Below are positions 1-10,455 of a stretch of DNA of 64,000 nucleotides, piece by piece. The DNA lies in contig CAVWLP010000002.1 in the NCBI GenBank assembly GCA_963755915.1, positions 4,384,001 through 4,448,000 on the forward strand, in the 5' to 3' direction. Each line of letters opens with the position of its first letter. The first letter of the stretch is position 1. The notes beneath the pieces were generated by a model. It worked only from the letters and a program-made list of their open reading frames with translations, was not told the DNA's origin and did no database searches. Both the position numbers and the translations under genes were made by a program. Source of the stretch: an uncultured Phycisphaerales bacterium (GTDB lineage Bacteria; Planctomycetota; Phycisphaerae; Tepidisphaerales; Tepidisphaeraceae).

Positions 1-1
1 C

Positions 2-541
2 CTGGGCTGGACGCCCCAGGGTCTCTACGTCGCCCTCCAGGTCTTCGACAAGGACATCATTACCACCCCCGCCAGCGCCTGGTGGTGGACGCGCGACAAC
101 GTCGAACTCTTCCTCTCCACCCGACCCGTAACCACCGATGAGATCAATTACGACGTCTTCTGCCAGCAATTCTTCCTCATCCCGCGCGACGCCACCTTGA
201 AAGACGCCCCCGTCGTCGGCCAATGGCACCGCGACGGCGACGCCCTCAAAGACAACCTCATCCCCCATCCCCTGATCCAGCGGACCGTTAAAATCCTCCC
301 CGACCGCTACATCGCCCAGCTCTTCATCCCCGCGGCCGTCATGCACGGCTACGATCCCCAGCACCACGCCACCCTCGCCTTCAACATTCACGTCCGCAAC
401 TTCTCCCACGCCGCCGACTTCTTCTGGTCCGCCCCCAAATCCAGCCGCACCGAGCTCCGCCCCAACACCTGGGGAACCCTCTACCTCGACCCCCCGCTCC
501 CTACAACTGTCGCCCACTCCGCTCAAGCGCGACTTGACTGA
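2..541 (+). CDS. C-terminal part of a CBM9/DOMON-like sugar-binding domain protein (5' end outside window)
   Basis: Frame open from position 2 (LGWTPQGLYVALQVFDKD...WWWTRDNVELFLS), in frame with ORF 197..541; the W..gLYva..V.D and W..D.vElf patterns resemble CBM9-like domains. Confidence 0.55.
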   Translation: MGWTPQGLYVALQVFDKDIITTPASAWWWTRDNVELFLSTRPVTTDEINYDVFCQQFFLIPRDATLKDAPVVGQWHRDGDALKDNLIPHPLIQRTVKILPDRYIAQLFIPAAVMHGYDPQHHATLAFNIHVRNFSHAADFFWSAPKSSRTELRPNTWGTLYLDPPLPTTVAHSAQARLD

Positions 542-618
542 AATTGTTTAGCCGCGACCCCCCGAGCGAAGCGGTAACCTTATCTCGGGGAGCGCTCCGC
601 AACTATCATTGAATCGCA

Positions 619-3513
619 ATGCCCGCCCAGACCCTGGAAAATCGCACCCACGAGATCGGCCGCGAGATCTTCACGCGCATTAACCACGCCAATCGCCGCG
701 GCTGGCCCCTGCGCACCATCGACGACGCCATGATGGCCTGGTCCATGCGCGACCCGCGCCGAAAATCCCAGCTCTTCCGTTTTGTCGATTGCCTCCCCGC
801 CCTCCACTCCACCGATTCCGTCGCCGCCCACCTCCACGAATATCTCGGCATCTCAGGAAACGGCATGGCCCCCCTCCTCGCCGCCGCCGCCAGGCTAGGC
901 GTAGGCCGAATGGCCAGAAAATTCATCGCCGCCGAAAATCCCCAGGCCGCCCTCTCCGCCATCCAGCGCCTCCGCGCCCAGCATCTCGCCTTCACCGTCG
1001 ATCTCCTCGGCGAAGCCGTCGTTTCCGAATCCGAGGCCGACGAATACCAGCGCCGATACCTTCAGCTCCTCCAATTCCTCCCCCCCAAATCGCCGCGCTC
1101 CCCGAAGACCCCCTGATCGACCGCGACGCCACTGGCACAATCCCCCGCGCCAATATCTCCGTAAAACTCTCCGCCCTCTTCAGCCAGTTCGACCCCATCG
1201 ACCCCTTCGGCACCACCCAATCCGTCCTCGCCCGCCTTCGCCCCATCCTTCGTCTCGCCCGCTCCCAGGGCGCCTTCATCAATCTCGACATGGAGCAGTT
1301 TGCCTTCAAAGACCTCACCCTCGAAATCTTCCGAACCGTCCTGATGGAACCCGAATTCCGCGACTGGCCCGACGTCGGCATCGCCATGCAAACCTATCTC
1401 CGCTCCACCCTCGATGACCTCAAATCCCTTGCCGACTGGTCCCGCCACCGCGGCGTCCCCGTCTCGGTCCGCCTCGTCAAAGGCGCCTACTGGGATTTCG
1501 AAACCGTCATCGCCGCCCAGCACAACTGGCCCATCCCCGTCTTCACCCACAAATCCCAAACCGACGCCAACTTCGAATCCGCCGCCGCCTTCCTCATCGA
1601 AAACCGCGCCCTTCTCCGCCCCGCCATCGCCGGCCACAACGTCCGCAGCATCGCCTCCGCCATCGCCCACGCCGAAAAATTCGCCGCTCACCCCGCCGAG
1701 ATCGAATTCCAGATGCTCTTTGGCATGGCCGACCCCATCAAATCCGCCCTCATCGAAATGCACCGCCGCGTCCGAATCTACGCCCCCATCGGCGACCTTC
1801 TTCCCGGCATGGCCTATCTCGTCCGTCGACTCCTGGAAAATACCTCCAACGAATCCTTTTTGCGGGCTGGCTTTCTCGACCACGCCCCCGAGGAGCAATT
1901 GCTCATGAACCCAGCTTTAATCAAACACGCCTCACCGACCCCAACCAAACCCGTCTTCCAAAACGAACCCCCCACTGATTTCTCGCAGCGCGGCTTCCGC
2001 GAGACCATGGCCTGGGCCATCGACCATTTCTCCGCCAAACCCCCCGCCTCCCATCCCCTCCTCATCAACGGCCGTCGCATCGAAACCGGCAAATGGATCG
2101 ACTCCGTCAACCCCTCCCACAAATCCCGCCTCGTAGGCCGCTGCGCCTGCGCCGGCCCCGACCAGGCCCACCAGGCCATCGCCGCCGCAAAATCCGCATT
2201 CGCAACCTGGCGTGATATCCCCCCCGATCAGCGCGCCTCCCTCCTCGATCGCGTCGCCGAAATCCTCCGCTGCGACCGCTTCCACCTCTGTGCGATCGAA
2301 ATCGCCGAGTGCGCCAAACCCTGGCGCGACGCCGATGCCGACATCGCCGAAGCCATCGACTTCTGCCGCTACTACGCCGCCCAGATGCGCGAGCTTTCCC
2401 AACCCGCCGGCGCCGACCTCCCCGGCGAACGAAACGACTGGACCTACGAATCCCGCGGCCCCGCCGTCATCATCGCCCCCTGGAATTTCCCCCTCGCCAT
2501 CCTCACCGGCATGGCCGCCGCCGCCGTCGTCACCGGAAATCCCGTCATCCTCAAACCCGCCGAGCAATCCCCCATCATCGCCTGGCATCTCGCCAAAGCC
2601 TTCGAAGAAGCCGGCGCCCCCCGGCGTCGTCAACTTCCTCCCCGGCATCGGTGAAGAAATCGGCCCTCTGCTTGTGGATCACCCTGACATCGCCATGATC
2701 GCCTTCACCGGCTCCAAAGCCGTCGGCCTCTCCATCAACTATTCCGCCGCCAAACCCCGCGACCACCAGGATCACGTCAAACGCGTCATCGTCGAAATGG
2801 GCGGCAAAAACGCCATCATCATCGACGAAGACGCCGACCTCGACGAAGCCGTCGCCGCCCTCCTCGCCAGCGCCTTCGGCTACTCAGGCCAGAAATGCTC
2901 CGCCTGCTCCCGCGCCATCGTCCAGCCGGCAAATTACGACGCCTTCCTGGCTCGCCTGATCAGCGCAACGTCGAGCTTAAAAATCGCCCCCGCCGAAGAC
3001 CCCGCCTGCCGCATCGGCCCCGTCATCGACGCTGACGCCCACACTCGAATCCTCGCCGCCATCGAGCGCGGCAAAACCGAAGCCCGCCTCGCCTATGCCG
3101 GCAACCCCGGCCCCCTCTCGAGCGAAGGCTATTTCATCCCCCCCCACATCTTCACCGAGGTCCCTCCCAACAGCTCCCTCGCCACCGAAGAAATCTTCGG
3201 CCCCGTCCTCTCCATCTTGAGAGCCGACAACCTCGATCACGCGCTGCAACTCGCCAACGGCGCACAGTACGCCCTGACCGGCGGAATCTTCTCCCGCAGC
3301 CCCGCCAACATCGCCCGCGCCCGCCACGATTTCCGCGTCGGAAATCTCTACATCAACCGCCCCACCACCGGCGCCCTCGTCGGCCGCCAACCCTTCGGCG
3401 GTTTCAAACTCTCCGGCGCCGGCACCCAGGCCGGTGGCCCCGACTACCTCCGCCACTTCCTAATGCCCCGCTGCGTCACCGAAAACACCATGCGCCACGG
3501 TTTCACAGACTAA
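619..3513 (+). CDS. putA: Bifunctional proline dehydrogenase / P5C dehydrogenase, split by two frameshifts in C runs (~1085, ~2620)
   Basis: LFRFVDCLP, DLLGE, ISVKLS, DME, VRLVKGAYWD, EFQMLFGM, YLVRRLLEN (PRODH); PWNFP, KPAEQ, FTGS, EMGGKN, GQKCSACSR, EEIFGP, QPFGGFKLSG (ALDH). Confidence 0.95.
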
Positions 3514-3604
3514 TTTTCCACCTAAAATTCGGCGCGACGCACCCTCTCCTCGTTTAGCCGCAACCCCGAAGGGGTGCGCGTTCTGTGCTATCATCCACAT
3601 TCCC

Positions 3605-4315
3605 GTGCCACACACCTTCAAACATTCCGGTGACATCGGCGACGTCATCTGGAGCCTCCCCGCCATCCGCGCCCTCGGTGGTGGAATCCTCTACCTCGAC
3701 CCCGACGGCGGCCTCTCCAGCCCCCTCGTCAAATGGGAAGGCCGCACCCAAACCCGCATGAACGCCGACATCATCCGAGCCGCCATCCCCCTCCTGAAAT
3801 TACAACCCTACCTCGAAGACATCCGCCCCTGGCAAAACAACCCCATCGATTTCGACCTCGACCGCTTCCGCAAATCCGGCAGCTTCAACAACGTCTCCGA
3901 CTCCCACCTCGCCGCCTTTTCCCTCCCCTTCCCCGAGCGCGACCGCGCCTGGCTCACCGTCGACCACCCCCTCTCCATCCCCGATCGCCCCTTCATCCTC
4001 GCCCGCAATCTCCGCTATCACGGCAACGATGGTTTCTGGGAAGCCACCCTCCCCCACATCAAAAATGACGCCCTCTTCGTCGGCTCACCCAAGGAGCACG
4101 AAATCTTCGAACTCACCTTCGGCCACAAAATCCCCTACCACCCCACCCCCGACCTCCTCTCCCTCGCCCGCCTCCTCGCCGGCTGCCGCCAATTCATCGG
4201 CACCCAGGGCCTCCCTCACGCCATCGCCGAAGGATTGAAAATTCAACTCGTCAACGAATACTACCGCTACTACCCCTCCGCGATATTCAATCGCCCCGGC
4301 GCCCAATACGTCTAA
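3605..4315 (+). CDS. Hypothetical protein, GT9/heptosyltransferase-like fold
   Basis: N-terminal HSGDIGDVIWSLPAIRAL and C-terminal FIGTQGLPHAIAEGL resemble GT9 motifs; host-type codon usage. Confidence 0.5.
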   Translation: MPHTFKHSGDIGDVIWSLPAIRALGGGILYLDPDGGLSSPLVKWEGRTQTRMNADIIRAAIPLLKLQPYLEDIRPWQNNPIDFDLDRFRKSGSFNNVSDSHLAAFSLPFPERDRAWLTVDHPLSIPDRPFILARNLRYHGNDGFWEATLPHIKNDALFVGSPKEHEIFELTFGHKIPYHPTPDLLSLARLLAGCRQFIGTQGLPHAIAEGLKIQLVNEYYRYYPSAIFNRPGAQYV

Positions 4316-4346
4316 ACAAAAAAACCCACGGCTCCATGCCGTGGGT
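4316..4346. terminator. Hairpin between convergent genes (terminator or REP-like)
   Basis: ACCCACGG-CTCCATG-CCGTGGGT preceded by an A-run (U-tract on the - strand). Confidence 0.6.
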
Positions 4347-4370
4347 CATTATCAATCAGCCAAAACCGCA

Positions 4371-5209
4371 CTACCTGTGTCCACCACCGCCCCCAAACCC
4401 ACCACCTCTCATCCCCCCGCCCACAAATCCACCGCGACCACCCCCACCCCATCCACCACGATAGCCCCACCCGCCACGGTAACCGCCCCAATAGCGCCCA
4501 CCCCCGCCGATCACCACGATCCCGCCATAACCGAAATACGGATACCCGTAGTAACCGCCGTAGTAACCACCATAATAGGGATACGAATACACATACGAAG
4601 GCTGCGCCGGATAAACATACGTCGGCTGCTGCGCCTGCCCATACACATACGTCTGCGTCGGCTGCACATCAGCCGTATCCGCCGTCGCATAAGTCGGTGG
4701 AACCGTCGATTGATCCGGCCCATACGTCGAGATCGGCATCTGATTCGCCGCCTGCGCCTGCGGCAGCGCCGCACTCACCTGGTTTGAAATCGCGTCCTCG
4801 ATCTTAAACAGATCCGTCAGCGCCCCCGTCGACGTCAGCGCCGCCACCGTCCGGTTATTCACCGTATCGTACACCTGCCCCGTCACCCGAAGCTGCGTAT
4901 CCGCAAACTGGTAAGTCCCAAAAATCACCAGCGGCGCTCCACATGTTGGGCCGCGCTCACCGCTTCCGCCTGCCCGTTCAGCGGCACGTTCAAGTTGATC
5001 GCCCGCACCGCCGAATTCCCCGCAACCTGCGTCACCAGGTTCTCGTTGATCGCCTGCCCCACCCATTCATGATCCGTCGCACCGATCTGCACAAAGGGCA
5101 CCACCAGCACCTTCGTCTGCACCGCCGGATCAGGCATCGTCGTCGCCTGCCCCAGGCTCATAGACACACACCCCAAAACCACCAGCAACAAATAGGGGAT
5201 GTTTTTCAT
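4371..5209 (-). CDS. Secreted TolB-N/CsgG/FlgO-like domain protein with Tyr/Gly/RGG-rich tail (frameshift ~4945); paralog of 5296..6126
   Basis: Signal peptide MKNIPYLLLVVLGC..., KVLVVPF..IG...HEWVG, then LVIFGTYQF..QLRVTGQVYD in the next frame; colinear with the neighbour. Confidence 0.65.
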
Positions 5210-5295
5210 AACTGGCTCCTGTTCTTCCACCATTATACGCGTCATCAAAGAGCAAACCGCGCATCCCCTATAAATAATCCCCCCATTTGCACCGT

Positions 5296-6126
5296 TTATC
5301 GCCCATGCCCACCCCCGCCGCCCCCACCGCCATGGAATCCACCCCCAAAACCCCCACCCCCATGGAAACCGCCTCCCCCATGAAATCCCCCGCCTCCATG
5401 AAATCCGCCGCCCCCATGAAATCCACCATGGAAATACCCCCCACGATAAAACCCTCCATGCGGATATCCCCAACCTCCATATCCGCCCGACAGATACACC
5501 GGCCCACCGTAATACGGATACCCATAATCAGCACTGTCATCCGAATAAGCCGGGTAAGGATAAACGTACGTCGTCACTGCATTGCCCCCGCTTTCATCCG
5601 CCGACGTGTAATACGGCACCGGTGATCCCTGCGCCCCATACGTCGCGCCCGCAAGCTCCCCCGTCGGCTGCGGAAGCACCGCCCCCAGTTGCGCGCTGAT
5701 CGAATCTTCCATCTTGAACAGATCCGTCAGCGCCCCCGTCGCCGTCAAAGTCGTCAGCGTGCGCTGATTCGCCAGATCATAAACCTGCCCATTCACCCGA
5801 AGCTCACTCTCCGAAAACTGATACGATCCAAACACCACCAGCGTCGCCCCCGCATTCGCCGCCGCCGCCGTTGCCGCTGCTTCCCCGTTCACCGGCCCAC
5901 TCAGACTCATCGCCTGAAGCTCCGGATCCCCCGCAATCTCCGTAAGCAGATTCTCCTGCAACGCCGCCCCCACCCATTCATGACCGTCGCCCCCAATCTG
6001 CGTAAACGGAACCACTAGCACCTTGACCAGCGGCTGCGCCTGAACAGCCGGCATCGTCGTCGCCTGCCCAAACGCCATCGACGCCACCCCAAACACCACC
6101 AGCAAAAACCAAATCACCTTTCTCAT
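5296..6126 (-). CDS. Secreted TolB-N/CsgG/FlgO-like domain protein with (GGGGFH)n tail
   Basis: Intact 276-aa ORF with GGAG SD, signal peptide, VLVVPF / LVVFGSYQ / LRVNGQVYD motifs and Gly-rich tandem repeats. Confidence 0.7.
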   Translation of the reverse strand: MRKVIWFLLVVFGVASMAFGQATTMPAVQAQPLVKVLVVPFTQIGGDGHEWVGAALQENLLTEIAGDPELQAMSLSGPVNGEAAATAAAANAGATLVVFGSYQFSESELRVNGQVYDLANQRTLTTLTATGALTDLFKMEDSISAQLGAVLPQPTGELAGATYGAQGSPVPYYTSADESGGNAVTTYVYPYPAYSDDSADYGYPYYGGPVYLSGGYGGWGYPHGGFYRGGYFHGGFHGGGGFHGGGGFHGGGGFHGGGGFGGGFHGGGGGGGGHGR

Positions 6127-6218
6127 AACGCACTCCTTGAACGTCTAAGCGAATTCTATGGACATTCACCAGGAGTATTCGCGCCACCCGCTAAAAATAC
6201 CCGCAATTTCTAAGCGGG

Positions 6219-6602
6219 CTACTTCACCAGCCTGTTCCACAGCGGAGGCCCCAGAATCACCACTCCCACCACAACAGCCATGATCGAAGCAATAAGCACC
6301 ATCCCCGCCGCCACGTCCTTGCCGGTTTTCGCCAGCGGATGCACCTCCGGCATCGCCAGGTCAATCGCCGCTTCAATCGCCGTATTCACCCCCTCCAGAA
6401 TTAGCACAATCGCAATAGTTATCGCCAAAATCGCCCACTCCACCCTCCCAATCCCCACCCACCACCCCACCCCACACGCCCCCGCCCCGATCACAACTTC
6501 AACCCGCGCATTTCTCTGCGTCCGCAAGAGATACCCCAACCCCGCAAACGCAAACCCAAACGACCGAAATATTCCCCCGCGACCAGGCTTCTCGTCACCC
6601 AC
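6219..6602 (-). CDS. dgkA: Diacylglycerol/undecaprenol kinase (DgkA family)
   Basis: SFGFAFAGL..RTQRNAR, LEGVNTAIEAAIDL, HPLAKTGKDVAAG; GTG start at 6602 with GAGG SD gives a typical 127-aa length. Confidence 0.9.
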   Translation of the reverse strand: MGDEKPGRGGIFRSFGFAFAGLGYLLRTQRNARVEVVIGAGACGVGWWVGIGRVEWAILAITIAIVLILEGVNTAIEAAIDLAMPEVHPLAKTGKDVAAGMVLIASIMAVVVGVVILGPPLWNRLVK

Positions 6603-6609
6603 ATGTGCC

Positions 6610-6840
6610 TCACGACTAGCTTTACGGCTATCTCTGGCCTTGTCTCCGAAGCCACGACTCGAACCCAAGCGCGCTCCGGGCAGGTCGGACAAGCGGGGCT
6701 GTGAAGGACGGTTGAGGTCGAGCATGTGCTCGAAACTCCTTAGCGCCCTGCCGCCGTAGGCGGCGACTCCCTGCCGAACACCTCAAGGCGGTCCCGATTG
6801 TCACCAAGGCAGCCTTGTGCTCCCGCAGCGGAACCGCCTG
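6610..6840 (-). ncRNA. Candidate structured RNA / long structured 5' leader (unassigned family); partial second copy at 22564..22693
   Basis: Stem AGGCGGTTCCG/CGGGACCGCCT, plus a TTGAGGT/ACCTCAA stem enclosing GCCGCC-TAC-GGCGGC and TCGAGCA-CA-TGCTCGA hairpins; preceded by a conserved GTGAC-N17-CGWAT motif. Confidence 0.5.
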
Positions 6841-6946
6841 TTACATACGAGTCAACGCATCTCCTCGTCACACAAACCGCAACCGAAAATAATCCGCCTT
6901 CTCTTCTCGGCCCTACCAAACCATCTCGCGAAACAAAACCTCAACA

Positions 6947-7861
6947 TCAAATCTTCCAAGAATCCCCCACCTCCCGATTCACAACTCTTTCACTCTCCCT
7001 CCCCGCCGCCGTCAGCATCCTCTCCATCGGCTCCGTCATCGCCTCATGGCTCAGGCGAAACGTACTATGATGCATCGGCATCACAAATTCCGCCCGCACA
7101 TGCCCCGCCATCGTCCACGCCTGCTCCGGCGAAGCATGCGCCCGGATATAAGGGTCATACGCCCCGATCCCCAGGATCGCCAAATCCACCCGTCCCACAT
7201 CCTTAAACCATTCCTGGTAAGCCGTATCCCCGCCGTAGAGAATCTTGCGGCCGCTCGTCTCCAGAAGATAAGCGTTATACCCCCGGTAGCTATCGATAAA
7301 CGTCCGCGCCCCCCAGTGCTCCACCTTCCGCGCCGTCACCGCCAGTCCGTTAAACCGCGCCGACTCCCCCCACCGCAGCTCAGTAACATTTCGAAACCCC
7401 AAATCCCACACCAAATCGCGCGTCCGATCCGCCATCACGATCGGCGTCTTCTTATCCAGCCCCGCCAAACTCGGTCGATCCAGATGATCAAAATGCGCAT
7501 GGGAACTGAGAATCAAATCGATCTTCGGCAACTGATTGAGTCTCAGCGCCGCCCCGATATATCTCCGCGGCCCCAGCGTCCCCAATCCCAATCCCAATCC
7601 AATCCGATTCCCAAACACCGGATCCGTCAGCACCGTCATCCCCCCAATCCGCATCAGAATCGTCGCATGCCCGATCCAAACCGCGGACAATTCCCGATCC
7701 TCCCACCCGCGCAGATCCGGCCGAACCTTCGCCGCCGGCGGTGGATTGATCTGATCGAATATCCGCATCTGTCCCCGCCCCCGTCCCAGCCGTGCCGCCA
7801 GCTCCATCGCATACGGCCTGCGCTTCAAAACATCCGTCACCGTGCGCCACACCGATTTCAC
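6947..7861 (-). CDS. MBL-fold metallo-hydrolase (NAPE-PLD/RomA-like)
   Basis: WIGHAT, LTDPVF, SHAHFDHLD, HWGAR, GGDTAY, GIGAYDP, PMHHSTF. Confidence 0.9.
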   Translation of the reverse strand: MKSVWRTVTDVLKRRPYAMELAARLGRGRGQMRIFDQINPPPAAKVRPDLRGWEDRELSAVWIGHATILMRIGGMTVLTDPVFGNRIGLGLGLGTLGPRRYIGAALRLNQLPKIDLILSSHAHFDHLDRPSLAGLDKKTPIVMADRTRDLVWDLGFRNVTELRWGESARFNGLAVTARKVEHWGARTFIDSYRGYNAYLLETSGRKILYGGDTAYQEWFKDVGRVDLAILGIGAYDPYIRAHASPEQAWTMAGHVRAEFVMPMHHSTFRLSHEAMTEPMERMLTAAGRESERVVNREVGDSWKI

Positions 7862-8619
7862 AAAATCTCCGAGATGACCGGAAAATGATCGCTCGCATAT
7901 TTCGCCAGCCGATCCCGCTCGATCCCCGCGTCCTTGATCTTCGAGATATCGATCCCAAACGTGAAGATATAATCCACCCGCTGCCCCGGAAACTGCGTCG
8001 AAAAGCTCCCCGTTTTCGCCGCCTTCCAGGGATCGTGCGCGTAAAACGTATCCAGATACCCCGCATCCAAAAGCTTATGCACCGCCGTCCGCGGCAGCAT
8101 CCCCCCATTCGCCTCATAATCCCCCTTCGTCCGCTCCTTGCACTTCTCTATCTCAATCGCCTGGATCGGCGAATTCGCATTAAAATCCCCCGCCAAAACA
8201 TGCGGCCGATTCCCCTTCCGATGCCCCGCGAAAATCTCCAATATCGCGTCAATCTCCCGCTCCCGAACCTTCTCATCCTCGAGCTTCGCATGCGGATGCA
8301 AATGCACCGCCGCCACGGTCCACTCCTGCCCATCGACCGACACCGTCGCCTCCAGCAGACAATCCGAAAGCACGATCCGCAGCACTGAATGATTCACCGA
8401 CTCAATGATATTCCCCCGCACGAGGATCGCGGCTCCGTGCTTCTTCCCATCCACCCGCAGATATTCCATCTTCAGCCGCTTCGCGATCCGCTCCACAACC
8501 GCATCATCATCCGCCTCCACCAGCGCCACAATATCCGCCCGCTGCGCCTCAATGACTTCCGCGAGCGGATCGGCACGTCCGACGCCTCCGTCGAGAATGT
8601 TGTACCCGACGATCCTCAT
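7858..8619 (-). CDS. Endonuclease/exonuclease/phosphatase family protein
   Basis: YNI, DIVALVE, VHLHP, LAGDFN, RVDYIF, ASDHFPV; 4-bp overlap with the MBL gene. Confidence 0.9.
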   Translation of the reverse strand: MRIVGYNILDGGVGRADPLAEVIEAQRADIVALVEADDDAVVERIAKRLKMEYLRVDGKKHGAAILVRGNIIESVNHSVLRIVLSDCLLEATVSVDGQEWTVAAVHLHPHAKLEDEKVREREIDAILEIFAGHRKGNRPHVLAGDFNANSPIQAIEIEKCKERTKGDYEANGGMLPRTAVHKLLDAGYLDTFYAHDPWKAAKTGSFSTQFPGQRVDYIFTFGIDISKIKDAGIERDRLAKYASDHFPVISEIL

Positions 8620-8725
8620 CCGCGTTTGATGGTAGCGCCACCCGCCCCAAAAGCAACGGGGAAGCCCACTCAGCTTTCCCCTCCCCGGGTATGGCGGGGC
8701 AGGGCGACATAATTTTACGTTTTGT

Positions 8726-10215
8726 TAATCCCGTTCGGCACGCAGGCTTCATCGGAGCATTCCAAAGCTGTGGAGGACGCGAAACAATTGAAGCTTAGAT
8801 ACTTTTACTTTCCCCTGCTGCACGCCGGCGTCCGCAAGAGCGCAGCATCAACCGCGAGGTCTCCGCGGCGACGGATTCCCCTTCAGTTTACTCCCAGTTT
8901 TTTCAAGGCCTCCGCTCTTGCCCTCAGCTTAATCCCGGTGTTATCCGGCTTGTTCAGGAATCGAAGCACGTCCTGTTCCTCGGCCAGCCCCAGCAGATAC
9001 CAGCCGATCATGTTCCGCATCGCCTTGTTCGGCTTCCTGCCGCTGATCAGCTGAATCAGCACGCAGACGATCAGCGCGCAGTGGATTTGGATGTCGATCC
9101 CCTCCTGGCGTTGGCTCAGCAGGTGACGCATGCCCAGCAGTTGCTTGAAGATCCGGAAGAACAACTCAACGGTGTAGCGGTACAGATAAATCAGGGCGAT
9201 CAATTCCGCCGGCAGGTCCAGCAGGTTCGTGTACAGGATGATCAGGTCCGTCGGCTTGTTGCCGCTGCGCGTGCGGCGCGGATGGGGTTTCACCTGCACT
9301 TCCACCCGTCGCACCACCCTATCCGCCGCCGTCTCCAGGCCGTCGAGTTTCACCAGCGCGTCTCGCACCACGCCGCCGTCCAATGCTTCCTGTGAAAGCA
9401 ATCGTTCTTCAAACAGCTCAAACACCGAGTTTTCCGCGGCCCGCATCACAAAGGAGCTTTGCGCCGCGGCGATGTCCGCAAAGAGGCTCCGGTCGGCGTA
9501 GCCGCCGTCTCCTACATAGCACCGTCCTGCTTCCAGGCTGCGCCGCAGGACGTTGTTTTCACGGTTGGCCCCCGCGTTGCGAGCGCCAGTGCGGTCGAGG
9601 CGATGGACTTTGAACGTCTCCAGATCGAATTGAACGTGCAAACGCCAGCCATAGACCGCTTTCCCGTCCCGGGAGGTGTTGTAGCGCGCATCGATGCCGC
9701 AAGCGGATTTGGCCAGCCGACTCAGCGCCGTCAGCACCGTCCCGTCGACCAGCGTGATCGCCTGCCCAAAGTCCGCAAGACGCGGATCGGGCGCCTGGGG
9801 CAGTTCCCCCGCCAATTCCTCAATCAGCGGCGTCAAACGCCCCGGCTCGAACACCCGAACCGATTCAGAGAAACTGCCCACGGAAAAACGCTTAATTCCC
9901 AGCGCCTTGGCCACCTTGGGCAGTTCAGCAACCTCCTGAAGATCCCGCAGGGATTGGATCAGCGGATTCCAGGTGTAAAGCAAAACCAGCTTGCAATAAT
10001 CGTCGAAGTGAAGCTGGCGGTTCCCGGCTCGATCCCGCTCACAGCCCACATCCCGCAGCGTGGGCAGCAGCGCGAAGACGCGCCGCAGATGTCCGAGGCA
10101 CAGGATCTCTTTTTCCTTCAGTCTTGCCTGCACGTCCGGCAGCATGCCATAAAAAGATCAAAGGCGCAATCTCAATATCTTGCTGCTTGCGCGAACCCCG
10201 TGCCGAACGGGATTA
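8726..10215 (-). mobile_element. IS4-family insertion sequence, copy 1 (1490 bp)
   Basis: 17-bp perfect terminal inverted repeats TAATCCCGTTCGGCACG; DDE transposase inside. Confidence 0.92.
8883..10145 (-). CDS. IS4-family DDE transposase (intact)
   Basis: LVDGT, YVGDGGY, YLYRYTVELFFRIFK (Y-R-E-K signature). Confidence 0.93.
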   Translation of the reverse strand: MLPDVQARLKEKEILCLGHLRRVFALLPTLRDVGCERDRAGNRQLHFDDYCKLVLLYTWNPLIQSLRDLQEVAELPKVAKALGIKRFSVGSFSESVRVFEPGRLTPLIEELAGELPQAPDPRLADFGQAITLVDGTVLTALSRLAKSACGIDARYNTSRDGKAVYGWRLHVQFDLETFKVHRLDRTGARNAGANRENNVLRRSLEAGRCYVGDGGYADRSLFADIAAAQSSFVMRAAENSVFELFEERLLSQEALDGGVVRDALVKLDGLETAADRVVRRVEVQVKPHPRRTRSGNKPTDLIILYTNLLDLPAELIALIYLYRYTVELFFRIFKQLLGMRHLLSQRQEGIDIQIHCALIVCVLIQLISGRKPNKAMRNMIGWYLLGLAEEQDVLRFLNKPDNTGIKLRARAEALKKLGVN

Positions 10216-10345
10216 ACAAAACGTAAAATTATGTAAAATCCGCAGCTGGCGGCAGCCGGAAGCTGCCGGGCGGTACGCCGCAAAACTTTAGGCCGGAAGC
10301 CGCTCCGTGGCTGGACGCCACGGCGGGCGGTACCCCCCAGTGGTA

Positions 10346-10420
10346 CGTAGGGTGGCGCGTACTCGCCCACCATTCCCTGATCGGCAGACCAAACGGTGGG
10401 CGAGTACGCACCACCCTACG
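10346..10420. repeat. REP doublet (REPIN-like), GTAG family
   Basis: CGTAGGGTGGCGCGTACTCGCCCACC (10346-10371) and its inverted copy (10395-10420); a third copy at 22510-22534. Confidence 0.8.
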
Positions 10421-10455
10421 GTCTTGCTAAAATCGCGTAAAACGTAACAAAACGT

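Noticed and set aside
1078-2625. Programmed frameshifting or phase variation in putA
   Set aside because: Both breaks are in C runs, and similar breaks occur in many unrelated genes; sequencing error is the simpler explanation
6610-6840. 6S, SRP, tmRNA, RNase P or a known riboswitch
   Set aside because: Hallmark motifs not seen (no SRP GGAAG-AGCAG loop, tRNA-like ends, GAGGAAAGTCC, or TPP/cobalamin/SAM/c-di-GMP cores); left unassigned pending an Rfam search
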